Of a stretch of 64,000 nucleotides of DNA, positions 40,620 to 54,020 are shown one piece after another. The stretch comes from Octopus bimaculoides (lineage: Eukaryota), in contig NC_068982.1 of the NCBI RefSeq assembly GCF_001194135.2, positions 67,790,430-67,854,429 of the forward strand, written 5' to 3'. The notes under the pieces were generated by a model, which was not told the origin of the DNA, did no database searches, and saw only the letters and a program-made list of their open reading frames with translations. The stretch's first letter is position 1. Each line of letters begins with the position of its first letter. Both the position numbers and the translations under genes were made by a program.

Positions 40620-41130
40620 TTATACAAAAGTGAAAATAACACTAACATCTCATTTTAACAGATATTTTTATCAAAATTACATAAAGATATCTTGAAATAC
40701 TAAAGAGTAAATTTATTCAATAAAATCGCCATTCGCTTCAACCACGGCGCCCAAGCGACTTCGGAACCTCCTGCAGCACTTCTGGGCGGTCTCCTTGTTT
40801 GAGTTGCTGAATGCTGCCATAATCCTTGCCTTCAGTTCATCTTTGGTGTTACAAGGAGTATTGTTGGCCTTTCGCTCAACTGCGCTCCACACATAAAGTG
40901 GATTGCAGTCTGGGAAGTTAGGTGGTTAGATGTTAGGGGTGGTGTGGTCGTAGAAATTGTCTGACAGCCATGACTGAGTTCTCCTGCTTGTGTGGCATGG
41001 TGCAGAGTCCTGTTGCCAGACATAGGGTCTTCCAGTAGCCAACCTCTTGACCCAGAGCAGCCCTACCTGTTTTCTATTGAGGGCTTTGATTCTTCTGATT
41101 CTTCTAGAATGTTTGGGCATGTTGCGCAAT
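40620..41130 (-). mobile_element. Tc1/mariner transposase 3' remnant, DD37D (maT)-type spacing
   Basis: PYVWQQDSAPCHTSRRTQSWLSDNFYDHTTPNI*PPNFPDCNPL-YVWSAVERKANN...ELKARIMAAFS...KCCRRFRSRLGAVVEANGDFIE. There are 37 residues from QQD to the expected third D, which has been deleted. Confidence 0.8.
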
Positions 41131-41149
41131 TTCGTCGACCACATTTCTT

Positions 41150-41575
41150 CACTTTTGCGTCCGTTATTTTAGAAAATAATTTTGCCTTTGTGAGGATCAT
41201 TTTTAGTGATTTTGGTTGTTTGTGGCTTTTAATGATCTCATGTGTAAAATTTCCTTTAATTTGGGATCCTTATGTAGCATTGGTAAATTTTGGGTGATGA
41301 TGGTGACGGCTTCTTTGTTTCTGGGGTTGCATGTGGATATGTACGGCAGTATCTTCGGGGAAGGTGTGTTGCAGTGTTGAACTTTTCTTAAGGTTTCTAT
41401 GTCGATTTGTGTTGCACGTCTGATTCCATCCTCTATGAGGTGAACTGTCAATCCGGGTGTTTTTAAATTCTTGCAGTCTAAGGTTTCTGTTATTTTTTTC
41501 TGACACTGCTGTGCATATCCTTCTTGTAAGGTTGAAGAGGATGTTTGTTTCGGTGTGTCTTGGGTGGCATGAATT
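41150..41575 (-). mobile_element. Penelope-like element fragment (post-RT/thumb region)
   Basis: SCHPRHTETNILFNLTRRICTAVSEKNNRNLRLQEFK and ...NPRNKEAVTIITQNLPMLHKDPKLKEIL, typical of PLE ORFs between RT and GIY-YIG. Confidence 0.65.
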
Positions 41576-41661
41576 AAATAATAAATATTGTTTGGCGTCT
41601 GTGGTTTTGTAGAAAATGTCTATTTCTATTTTTAGATTTATTTTTTAAAATTATATATTTA

Positions 41662-41697
<36 letters not shown>

Positions 41698-42597
41698 NNN
41701 NNNNNNNNNNNNNNNNNNNNNNNNNNNNNNNNNNNNNNNNNNNNNNNNNNNNNNNNNNNNNNNNNNNNNNNNNNNNNNNNNNNNNNNNNNNNNNNNNNNN
41801 NNNNNNNNNNNNNNNNNNNNNNNNNNNNNNNNNNNNNNNNNNNNNNNNNNNNNNNNNNNNNNNNNNNNNNNNNNNNNNNNNNNNNNNNNNNNNNNNNNNN
41901 NNNNNNNNNNNNNNNNNNNNNNNNNNNNNNNNNNNNNNNNNNNNNNNNNNNNNNNNNNNNNNNNNNNNNNNNNNNNNNNNNNNNNNNNNNNNNNNNNNNN
42001 NNNNNNNNNNNNNNNNNNNNNNNNNNNNNNNNNNNNNNNNNNNNNNNNNNNNNNNNNNNNNNNNNNNNNNNNNNNNNNNNNNNNNNNNNNNNNNNNNNNN
42101 NNNNNNNNNNNNNNNNNNNNNNNNNNNNNNNNNNNNNNNNNNNNNNNNNNNNNNNNNNNNNNNNNNNNNNNNNNNNNNNNNNNNNNNNNNNNNNNNNNNN
42201 NNNNNNNNNNNNNNNNNNNNNNNNNNNNNNNNNNNNNNNNNNNNNNNNNNNNNNNNNNNNNNNNNNNNNNNNNNNNNNNNNNNNNNNNNNNNNNNNNNNN
42301 NNNNNNNNNNNNNNNNNNNNNNNNNNNNNNNNNNNNNNNNNNNNNNNNNNNNNNNNNNNNNNNNNNNNNNNNNNNNNNNNNNNNNNNNNNNNNNNNNNNN
42401 NNNNNNNNNNNNNNNNNNNNNNNNNNNNNNNNNNNNNNNNNNNNNNNNNNNNNNNNNNNNNNNNNNNNNNNNNNNNNGAAATAAATACAATAAAAGTTTG
42501 TTCAGTGCTTATATAATCAATAATAAATATATGGATGGATGAAGTATGAATAAAAAAAAACATACTTCGGAAAAGCTCTTCGTTAAATTAAATATAA

Positions 42598-42653
<56 letters not shown>

Positions 42654-43845
42654 ACACACATACTACAAGGAAAAACATGCACAGTCACACACATATATAC
42701 ATGCAGAAAACATACGAAAACATGCGTGTTGCTTTTGCATATGTGTTTACTTTAGGTGTGTACAGTTATATATATATATATATATCTAAGAAAGTTAGGA
42801 GTTGTGAATACAACCCACTAAAGGATAATATCTATCCAATATACTGCTTGAAGAATACCCAATTATCATTGCACTAGTGTTTTTTCATTGCATGGCAATT
42901 ACATTGCCAAGTGCAATAAATGGGTGCGGGTAAAAAGTTATTTTACCATTAATCTATATAGCAATAAGAAAATGGAGGGGATTAATAGGTGGTATTCATC
43001 AACTTGCAGACATTGTATTATGTCAATTTACTTGTTTATTTGTTTACTAAAAAGATAATAATAACAATATACAAACACATGTGAATATTATGTCATATCA
43101 TTAATTATAAAAATGACATATAGTAAAAGAAAATGGGATAAAATCTTACAGCTGTTTCGTCCAGAGGTGATATGCCTCACTCTATCTTTATCACTCCAGT
43201 CGACTGAAGTAATTGNNNNNNNNNNNNNNNNNNNNNNNNNNNNNNNNNNNNNNNNNNNNNNNNNNNNNNNNNNNNNNNNNNNNNNNNNNNNNNNNNNNNN
43301 NNNNNNNNNNNNNNNNNNNNNNNNNNNNNNNNNNNNNNNNNNNNNNNNNNNNNNNNNNNNNNNNNNNNNNNNNNNNNNNNNNNNNNNNNNNNNNNNNNNN
43401 NNNNNNNNNNNNNNNNNNNNNNNNNNNNNNNNNNNNNNNNNNNNNNNNNNNNNNNNNNNNNNNNNNNNNNNNNNNNNNNNNNNNNNNNNNNNNNNNNNNN
43501 NNNNNNNNNNNNNNNNNNNNNNNNNNNNNNNNNNNNNNNNNNNNNNNNNNNNNNNNNNNNNNNNNNNNNNNNNNNNNNNNNNNNNNNNNNNNNNNNNNNN
43601 NNNNNNNNNNNNNNNNNNNNNNNNNNNNNNNNNNNNNNNNNNNNNNNNNNNNNNNNNNNNNNNNNNNNNNNNNNNNNNNNNNNNNNNNNNNNNNNNNNNN
43701 NNNNNNNNNNNNNNNNNNNNNNNNNNNNNNNNNNNNNNNNNNNNNNNNNNNNNNNNNNNNNNNNNNNNNNNNNNNNNNNNNNNNNNNNNNNNNNNNNNNN
43801 NNNNNNNNNNNNNNNNNNNNNNNNNNNNNNNNNNNNNNNNNNNNG

Positions 43846-44163
43846 AGGTTGTGTGCGCTTTTCCGCGACACTCCACCCGCATCTAACGAAGAGGACTGCT
43901 TCACTGACCTGGGCCGCCGACTATCCCAGTAGACGCCTGCTCCTGGCCAGTTCCAAGCAGTTGATCTTTTTGCGGGCGCCTGCCAGCGCGCTGTGGACCG
44001 GTTTAACTTTTCCAGGCGTCCTTTTCGACTCAACATCTCCCCAGCCGAACTCTCGGCCCTTCGATCTCTCCGACGCCGCACTGACATCATTATAAAACAC
44101 GCCGATAAGGGTGGAGCCGTGGTGGTATGGCGCGCGGACCTCTACAAGGCCGAAGCTCTCCGC
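43846..44163 (+). mobile_element. Penelope-like element fragment, same family as 29300-29700
   Basis: RLCALFRDTPP..EEDCFTDLGRR..*TPAPGQFQAVDLF..ACQRAVDRFNF...NISPAELSALRSLRRRTDIIIKHADKGGAVVVWRADLYKAEALR. Confidence 0.85.
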
Positions 44164-45023
44164 TTCGAGTAAAGTTATTTGGTTGTAGACTTCTTTTGAG
44201 TCCTTTTATTACCACTGAGTCAGAGATAGTTCCCAGATGGTAACATTGATTTCAAGGCCTTTCCAGATAAGTGACTGGTCATTCAAAGACATTTATAGAT
44301 TGCAAATCTATTCTGTTCAGTTACCCATCGGCATAGTGATCATTGGCAAACTCCAGAGGTGACACTTTCATTTCCCCTTAGCCCTCACGTCACACAGTTG
44401 TTAATGCTTATTTGAGTTGGGTCATACCCTTTCAGTTGCTATAGATCCGTAATACATCTTATTACTGTGCCGGTTACCTGTATTGTGAGGAATCTTACAT
44501 TAGGAAGTGGTAACGACTAGGGTAGGTTAGCTGACTGCTTATTGTGATCATTCGTCTTTTGGTTTCCTCTAGATTTGCTCTCTTTTACAAACCCAGTGAA
44601 CATTAATATATTTTCAATTTCATAGAAATTTAAACAATAGATATGACACATGTTAAAATAAATCCCCAACAATTCAACTTTTCTCTGGTTTACTTTAAGA
44701 CCCCACCTAATAGGGACCTCAACTCTCGCATGTTAGAGCTCCATGTACTCCATCTGCTCCATTTTTCAGGAGCAAAACCTTTGAATAAATTTTACAAGAT
44801 TTGGATTTTGGAATCTGGGCATAAAGACGAGTATTATGGGATAAATATAGCATGATTAGAATTTTTGTTTGAGTGTGTAAAGAGAGAAAGAACCCTCATT
44901 AAAATTCTTAACCTCCAATTTTGCTGAAATTCGAATCATAGGTATTCTAGTTCATTAGAGAAAATATAAAAGAAAAGTGTAATTCTTCAATGCCATTTGA
45001 CATGGGCAAACCGGGTATCTCTG

Positions 45024-45061
<38 letters not shown>

Positions 45062-45354
45062 CATACATACACATAAATACAATTAATATGTACGTACACA
45101 TAGTTACGCTCACACATGAATATACTTATTTCATCCTTTAATGTGACTGAAGGGAAGAGAGTTTCGTACGTAGCACTTATCAGCTTGATTTAGTTTGGTA
45201 AGTGCCACAAATAATATATATATACATACATAAATATTTACAGTAATGCTTTGATATACGAGTTAATTCGTTCTCAGAGACCGAATTGCGCACATACATA
45301 TATGTATGTATGTGCGTATGTGCATATATGTGTGTCCGTGTATATGTGTGTATG

Positions 45355-45390
<36 letters not shown>

Positions 45391-45679
45391 NNNNNNNNNN
45401 NNNNNNNNNNNNNNNNNNNNNNNNNNNNNNNNNNNNNNNNNNNNNNNNNNNNNNNNNNNNNNNNNNNNNNNNNNNNNNNNNNNNNNNNNNNNNNNNNNNN
45501 NNNNNNNNNNNNNNNNNNNNNNNNNNNNNNNNNNNNNNNNNNNNNNNNNNNNNNNNNNNNNNNNNNNNNNNNNNNNNNNNNNNNNNNNNNNNNNNNNNNN
45601 NNNNNNNNNNNNNNNNNNNNNNNNNNNNNNNNNNNNNNNNNNNNNNNNNNNNNNNNNNNNNNNNNNNNNNNNNNNNNNN

Positions 45680-45712
<33 letters not shown>

Positions 45713-46404
45713 GTGTGTGTGTGTGTGTGTGCATATATATATGAGAGTGTTTGTGTGTGTTTTGGTGTGTGTCTGCGTGCATGTGTTGTTTGTTTGAGCA
45801 TACGTGTGGATGCAGTTCGTATATGTGTAAATACATATTAAATTATTTTATATATAAAGTAATATATTATTACATGTGTGTATTTTTTTTAAAGATAGAT
45901 TACTATATTTAGCCAACAGTTTCTTCACACATTCATGTTTATTAAAGATTATATAACCACGAAAGCAACTTTTATTGCATGTATTTCATTTTACCTCTGT
46001 CTGTACTAACCAAGCGTTAATTACCTCCCATTTATCAATTATCGTTAATTATAAACATATTTCAATTAATGACAGAATTACTTTGATTTTTAATATTTTC
46101 ATGCTATTTCAAGTCAAGCATAGATCTGAAGTTTGTTCACACTGTGCAGTTTCAACACTTTTTCGTCAATGTATAATTTCTTCATAACAGAAGTTTAGAG
46201 ACAACAGCCCTTGAGTAACGCGGGGTTGTCATCTATGAGGTCACGAAAAGATTCTGATAAACCAGCTATTTGATTGATGGATTAATCAAACAATTAGTTA
46301 ATTGGCTAAATGGTTGAGTAGATCTCTAATAATAAACAAAGGAAGCGAAACAGAGACCAACTTGCGTTTCTTTTGTAGAATAATCTATTCGCAATATGAG
46401 GATT

Positions 46405-46490
46405 ACATACCACTCTCCTATAAGTTGTGAAACTTGGACTTGTATCGTTGCGACATCAAAAAGCTCGAACGCTTTCATCAATTGTACATA
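46405..46490 (+). mobile_element. Short RTE-clade LINE fragment
   Basis: Degenerate (L)LYSCETWT.YRCDIKKLERFHQ, the conserved post-RT motif of RTE elements. Confidence 0.55.
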
Positions 46491-46649
46491 CTTACATATA
46501 TATGGATACAGATATGCATATATGGGTACAGGATGTCATGGAACGTAAACAACATGAAATTCAAAAACAACATGAAATACGAAATACAAAAACATGGAAT
46601 ACGAACTTTTTTGTGAACAACGATAGAAACAAATGGAAAACAAGACAAG

Positions 46650-49600
46650 TAACATCTCAGCAAATGCCTACAAATGTAGTTTACTTAGCACATCAACAAC
46701 AACTTGCAACAAATATAACAAACGTTCAGAGAAAAATGAACTGGTCAATTGAAGGTCTGGCAAAAAATCTTACTGATGAACCTTTCCAGGAAGAAAATAT
46801 TCTTCATATAATGCCACAACATAACGCAGGAAGTCTTTTTTCATCTGTTTGTCCGTACTGAAAAGCTTATCATTGGCCTCATAAACTCAAAACTCTCTGC
46901 TGTTTCCAGGGAAAAGTGAAACTCACTCAATTACCTCCTGCTCCATCAAATATACTGAAATATTTCGATATCACTCAAGCAGGAAATTCTTTTCTCAGTA
47001 ATATACGTGCACATAATAATGTGCTTACCTTAGCTTCAATTGGTTGCGAAGAGATTAGAGCAACAGGATTTAGTGTCCCGTTTAAGATCCAAGGCATGGT
47101 TTATCATATTATTAAATTATTATTTCCAAGTGATGCTTCACCCAAGTTTGCGCAGCTAATTTGCTCAGCTAATTTGGATGTTGTCATCCTGCAGAACCTG
47201 CAAGAAGATTTGCACTATTACAGCACATACATAAGAAGCTTCAAAGCAGTCATTGAATTACTAGACCCCGAAAATGTGAATATTATTCTATATGCTGAAA
47301 AAAAGGTAAAGCCCATTGATTTCCATTGTCGCACATACAGTCTTCCCATGGCATAAGAGATTGCTGTTATTGAACCTGATATAACATTAGGTCTCTTGGA
47401 TATCATTCTTCATAAAAGAGATGGTGGTCTTCAGAGGATTCATTAGATGCACCGTTCTTATGATCCTCTGCATTACTGTTACTGTTTCCTTGGGGGAATG
47501 ATGGGTTTCAGGTTGGTTTGAAAAAGATTGACAACAACCACACACTCATACCTACTGATTTCTACTGTTATCGGTTACAGGTTAGGCAATGTGACTAGCA
47601 TTATCATGGATAGAAGGCGACTCATGCAGCAATAAACTGTAGATGCTCTGGCAAAAATAGGACATTGTCGCCTTACTTGGGCTCAAAATAATCAAACCAT
47701 GATACGAGCTGAAAAGTATAAAGGTTTTTATGATGCTGTGGCTGAAGGAGATTCAGAAAATGCAGGCCGGAAAATTGTTCTTCTACCTTCAATCTATGGT
47801 TTCCCTCGCTTCTACGATGAGTGCTTCCAAAACTCAATGATTGTGGTTCAATATATGGGAAAGCCATCTTATTTCATCTCAGTGACAACCAACCCTAAAT
47901 GGGATGAAATAAAATAAAAACTAGAGTGCACCCCAGTAACCTATGGACTGTTCTGATATATGTGCAAGAGTCTTCAAGATCAATTATGACAGCCTCATGG
48001 ATGATATACTAAAGCAAAATATCTTAGGAAAAGTAGTGGCTCATTCTGCTACAGTAGAGTGGCAGAAACGAGACCTCACTCATGCTCATATTCTGCTGAT
48101 AATGACTGAAGATAGCAATCCCAAGACTGCAAATGCCATTGTTTAAGTAGTTTACTATGAAATTCCTTATAAAGTGACTAATTCAATTCTTCATAAGATC
48201 ATCACATTCTGCAACATTCGTGGGCCATGTGGACAAGCTAATATGATGTCTTCATGTATGGAAGGGCTAGGACAACCATGCCATTGCTCTAAAGGTTGTC
48301 TTAAGGCATTCAGACAAGCCACATTTGTTGCCAAAAATTCATTTTCTGAATATAGAAGGAGGGATAGACAGTATGGTGGTCATTCCCATACAATCCAATT
48401 TGAGGTCAAGAATTCACCGTTGATAATCATTGGATTGTTCCATACAACCCTTTCCTGTCATTGAGATATTAATTCCACATCATTTGTCAAGGCTGTTAAG
48501 TGTTTATATAAATACATCAAGAAAGGATCAGACAAGATCACTTTCACTATTAAGGATGATCAAGATAATTGTGTCCATGCCAAAAATGAGATTGAAATTT
48601 ATATTATGCACGGTACATCTCAGCCAGTGAAACATTCTGGAGAACTTATAAATTTCCGTTTCATCATCGCAAATCTCCAATTGAGAAACTGCCTTGCCAT
48701 TTACCTGGCAAACAAATGGTAGTACATCAGCAAGTACAAGAAGAAAGTGTTGTTTCTAGGGGACAGCCACTGACTAAGCTGACTGAATATTTTCAGCTGA
48801 GTATTAGAGATCCAATGGCAATGAAACATATTGTATATTGATATACCAAAATATTATACTTGGACAAACAAAAAGTGGTAAAGAAGAAAAAAGGGGCATC
48901 TGGATGGTGATGAACAATTTATGAGTGAATCTCTTGGACGCATTCCAACAATATCTCTCAGTAGACATCCGTCTGAGTTGTATTACCTAAGAATGATCTT
49001 ACATCACAAGGTTGCGTCAACTTCATACAAAGATTTGAGGACAACTGATGTAATTGAATTTCCAACATTCCAAGAGGCATGCAGGAAACTTGGTCCGTTG
49101 GAGGAAGATGAACAGAAAGACAAAGCTATGGAAGAGGCCGCATTCACTACATTTGGACATCAGCTGCGAGAGATCTTCAGCACCATCTTATTGTACAACA
49201 TGGAAGATGATCCTCTGTAATTCCGGGAGGAATGGAAGAATTGTCTTGCTGAGGATATCATGCATGAACATCATGAGCAAGTCATGTCAGAGCAAAGCGT
49301 GCAGATTGTTCTACAGAAGATCCAACAAAGACTTCAACATGAGGGCTTGGACATCCGTGTAAACTATGTATTTCCTCGGCCAGACCCAACTATCGTTACC
49401 ACACCAGCACTCAGTAGGGTTCTTATGGTAGAAACAGATTTCAATACACAACTGCAAGCAAACATAAATGAAGTTTTGCCAACATTGTATCCTAAAAATC
49501 TACGAGTTTTTTTCACAAAGTCGTAGTTGTTTTTCACAAAGTCGTTACCTCAGTAAATGAAAATGAAGGTAAAATTTTCTGTTTCATTGAAAGTGCAGGT

Positions 49601-51364
49601 ACAGGAAAACTTACGTCGTCAACATCATACTGGATTACATTCGATCTCAAAAGAATATTGCACTTACAACCGTCATATCTCGAATACCAGCCACTTTTCT
49701 TCACAGAGGTAGAGCTCCTCATTCCAAATGCAAGATTCCTATCAATGTAACTGCTGAATCAACTTGCACCTCCACAATGAAGGATGCCACAAGTAAACTA
49801 ATGCAGCAAGCTGACTTGCTAATTATTGATGAGATAAGTATGGGGCATAAACATATCTTCGATTAAATTGACAGGAGCTTGCAAGATGTTCTGGATTGCA
49901 ATGAGACATTTGGTTGTCTAACAGTATTACTATCTGGTGACTGGAAGCAAATTCTTCCCGCTGTGCATCATGGTGCTAGACCACAAATAGTTGAGGCAAC
50001 TATCAAGAGATCTTATCTATGGGACTACGTAGAAACTCTGGAGATGACAACCAACCAATGTTTAATTAATGCAGGGGAATATGATGAAAGAGTTCTCAAA
50101 CTACCTTCTTGGTATTGGAAACGGTAACATTCCGACTTTACTAACTTTAGGTGTGTTCACAATTCCTCTGCCAAATGAACCTTGTCTGGAATATGGTGAT
50201 CTATCTGAACTGTGCTTTTTTGTATATACAAATCTTCAAGGAAACTACTCAAACCCTCTATGGCTTGCAAATAGAACCGTCATCACTCCAACAAATGAAG
50301 TAGTAAGATTGATGAATTAATTCATGTTCAACAAGTTCCCTGGTCATGAAAGAGTCTACAATACCTCTGACACAGTAGATAATTAACTGCAATATCTACT
50401 CGAGTTCATCAACAAACTTACACCATCAGGCTTCCCAACACACATTCTTAAACATTCTTAAACTGAAGAAAGGTATTTGCATCATGCTTCTGGGAAATCT
50501 GGATCCTTCAAACGGACATTGCAATGGCACGCGCTATATCATCAGCTTACGTAATCATGTGATTGAAACTGAAGTGGCTTTGGGGCCCAATGCTGGAACC
50601 AGGCTGCTTATCCCACGTTTGCTTCAACTATCTCAAAGGGCTTGAGCTTCCTTTCTCCATTACGCGCGAGCAATTTTCTGTCAAACCTGCCTTTGCCCTT
50701 ACATGCAACATAGCACAAGGGCAGACATTTGACAAGATAGGTGTATATCTACCAACACAATTCTTGGTACATGGTCAGATGTATTTTGCATTATCAAGAG
50801 CGTCAAGAAAAGAAAATATAAAAATATTAATCCAGATAAATGAAACGGGTCCATTTGCTGACGATTGTGTCTACGAAGAAATTCTACAGTGTTGTGAAAC
50901 ATTCATTACTCTCTTTTAATTGAAATGTATTTAAGTTTCTTTTTAATTGCTAGGAAAGGGACACTAGAGACACTTAAGAAGTCCATAAGTGAATATAGTA
51001 AAACAACAATATAGCAAAACTCAACTCTTCATACTGGTAAATGTAATTCATTAATTCCCACCAGAGCATCTATTTTGAAATTCACTCAAGTGAATATTCA
51101 TGAACATTTTCCCTTGACAGTCTCTACACTTTTCCAATTTTCATTATCGTCTTTTTAAAATGTATCATGGATTATTTTACTGATTACAGAATAGACTATA
51201 ACAGAGTCTTTGTTCAATTCATGTGCAAATTGTCAATTTACTTTATAATTTATATATCACATTTATACATATATATAATATCAATATGCACAATACTTAT
51301 GCTGGCAGAAAACCGCCCTCCGATTTAATTAATGAATCTGTCAGCCATAAATGTGTAATTCTAG
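46650..51364 (+). mobile_element. Degenerate autonomous-type Helitron (Rep/HUH endonuclease plus PIF1-family helicase pseudogene)
   Basis: CP..KAYHW..E...CCFQGKV, IRAHNNVLTLAS, FKIQGMVYH, SYDPLHY, GKPSYFISVTTNPKWDEI (Rep motif 1), VEWQKRDLTHAHILL (HUH, about 48057), YRRRD, SAGTGKT (Walker A, about 49600), LLIIDEISMG, LLSGDWKQILP, NLDPSNGHCNGTR, FALTCNIAQGQTFDKIG, HGQMYFALSRA. Many stops and frameshifts. Candidate 3' end: hairpin 51301-51345 then CTAG|T at 51361-51365. Confidence 0.92.
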
Positions 51365-52654
51365 TTTACCATTTTATGGCTTCTTGTAATATATAGCGTG
51401 AGTAACCTTTATGCTTTTCGTTGATATTAAAAGAAAAGAAAAAATTTGTGAAATATCATCGCGGATTTAGAATTGAAACATGAAAGATATCCAAAAATTG
51501 TTGAGTATAAAATGAAGAAATCTATCTGGTTTAGACAACTTAGAATTCGCTATACTTAGAATTCGCTATATTGATGTCAAAAGCTAAATTCTTTTATAAA
51601 TTTGCCGCGTGAACGTGACAATGTTATAGATTATCGAAGTTAATACATTTTATAGAATAACAAAGAAGACAAAATAGAAGTTTAAATCTATTTTAGTTTA
51701 TTTTCTATATTTTTAGAAATCAATAGTCGCATCATATTTGCAATTTGATTTTACAAGAATGATAGTTTACAATATTTTCCAGTAAATGTAATTTTACAGA
51801 AATTAATGCAATTTATTGACATGAAGTAAGCGCACATAATAAAAATATGAAAAAAATAGCATATTTTGAAAATTTAAGAGTCAGCAAATAAAGGCAAAAG
51901 CATTTTGGTGTATGTTTAATATAGATAACGTATACTTTATATATTGGGTAGCTTTTAGCCTCTTGTCTATAAAAGTGGAAAAAAAATCAATAAATATCAT
52001 GCTAAACCGTAAAACTAATGTTTTCGGGTGTACCAATTTCCCAAGATCAAAAATTATGATTATATCGAATAAAATATGGTACATGTGCAACTGTTAGTTT
52101 CCGGTTAGTAGTAAAATGCCAATTTGGGTTGACTCGTATGATCTGAAATAATCATTCATTTTCAAGGTCCACAAAATTGGAATGTTATTAAAGATTATGT
52201 ATATATTCTTTCTAAGATATATATAGTGATACAGCTTTCACTCTGATGCAGATCTCTTATTAATAAATAAGGCAATTTTTTTCTGAGGTATGGCGAAATA
52301 AACTGTGGTATTTTAGCTTCTCAATAGACGAACTAAATTACACTGTATCCCAACAGAATTAAAGAGTCATATAGAAGTGCATTTAGGTGTATACACGAAT
52401 AAGGTAGAACAAACGGCTGAATGCCGAACTAAAAGCTTTTTATCTTTTATTCTTTTCACTTGCTTCTGTTGTTAGACTGCGGTCATACTGGGGCACCACC
52501 TTGAAGGATCTGAGACGAATGAATCAACCCTAGTAGTTATTTTTCTAAGACTTCTACTTTTACTATCGGTCTCTTTTACCGAACACTAAGTTACGGGGAC
52601 GTAAACAAACCAATAACGGTTGTCAAGTGGTGTGGAGGGCAAAGCTACACACAC

Positions 52655-52696
<42 letters not shown>

Positions 52697-52968
52697 CCGA
52701 CGAACTTCTTTCAGTTCCCATCTACCAAATCCACTCATAAGGCTTTGGTTGACCCAGGGCTATAGGAGAAAACAGTTGCCCAATGTGCCATGCTGCGGGA
52801 TTAGTCCCAAAATCGGGAAAATATTTGACACCAGTTAATTTCGTCTCTCTGAATTCAGATTTTATTAAGACGACTTTTCCATTTTAGGCATACACTGGAA
52901 TTGAATCCATCCAAGTATACACCTCGTTCAAATTTGTAGTCTTACGCACATGTATGAAACCACTAGAT

Positions 52969-53343
52969 GTTGTTGTTGGCACTCCGTCGCTTATGACGTC
53001 GAGGGTTCCAGTTGATCCGATCAACGGAACAGCCTGCTCGTGAAATTAACGTGCAAGTGGCTGAGCATTCCACAGATACGTGTACCCTTAACGTAGTTCT
53101 CGGGGATATTCAGCGTGACACAGTGTGACAAGGTTGGCCCTTTGAAATACAAGTACAACAGAAACAGGAAGAAAGAGTAAGAGAAAGTTGTGGTGAAAGA
53201 GTACAACAGGGTTCGCCACCATCTCCTGCCGGAGCCTCGTGGACGTTTTAGGCGTTTTATGTGTTTTTTGCGGTCTGAGAATCGAAACCGCGACCCTATG
53301 ACCGCGAGTCCGCTGCCCTAACCACTGGGCCATTGCGCCTCCA
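52969..53343 (-). mobile_element. tRNA-derived SINE, family B, upstream of the ZNF ORF
   Basis: Same consensus; 12-bp TSD with one mismatch: aaaccactagat (52957-52968) and aaacctctagat (53347-53358). Confidence 0.9.
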
Positions 53344-53660
53344 CTAAAACCTCTAGATATATTAAAGGATTTAATTAATTGCTTCGCCTGATTTTGTCGT
53401 TAGTTTAAGTCCAACAAGGTTAAAAATAATACTAATGTATTGGGTCAGTCCATTCAACTATCACTCCTTAGCCCTAGCTGATTTGAACTTGCCTGATTTA
53501 TTTATTCTAATGAAATTAAACCGTCAGGAAATATAGTTGTGCTGATTGGTTACATTTTTTATTCTCATTATCAAGAAATAAGTTCGATATTTTCAGATTA
53601 TTCTTTATTTATTGTCTGCCAACAATACATTGTATAAAACATTATTCGAATGGTCAACTT

Positions 53661-54020
53661 ATGCATCTTAAAGGTACGCTGGAAAAACCGTTTGAATGTA
53701 TCATTTGCGGGATGGAATTTTGGCGGCAATATCATCTGGAACGTCATCGTTTAAACCATTATGGAAAGAAACCATTTAAATGTGACTGGTGCGGTCACCA
53801 TTTTTCACGGAAGGACCACTTATTAAGACATACCAGGAGCCACACGGGTGTTCGACCTTACCAATGCAATATTTGTATGGCCTTGTTTACCCGGAGTGAC
53901 CATATGGGGAGACATCGGTTAATCCACATAAAAAGCAAATATTCTTGTTTTATATGTAAGAAAGCATTTTTGAAAAGAGAGCGTTTTATTAAGCATATGT
54001 TGAAGCATGTAAACTTTTGA
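53661..54020 (+). CDS. C2H2 zinc-finger protein with 4 tandem fingers; may be a terminal exon starting at 53597
   Basis: Four C-x2-C-x12-H-x3-H units with linkers YGKKPF and TGVRPY. The frame stays open back to a candidate acceptor tattttcag (exon start 53597). AATAAA at 54124-54129. Confidence 0.88.
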   Translation: MHLKGTLEKPFECIICGMEFWRQYHLERHRLNHYGKKPFKCDWCGHHFSRKDHLLRHTRSHTGVRPYQCNICMALFTRSDHMGRHRLIHIKSKYSCFICKKAFLKRERFIKHMLKHVNF

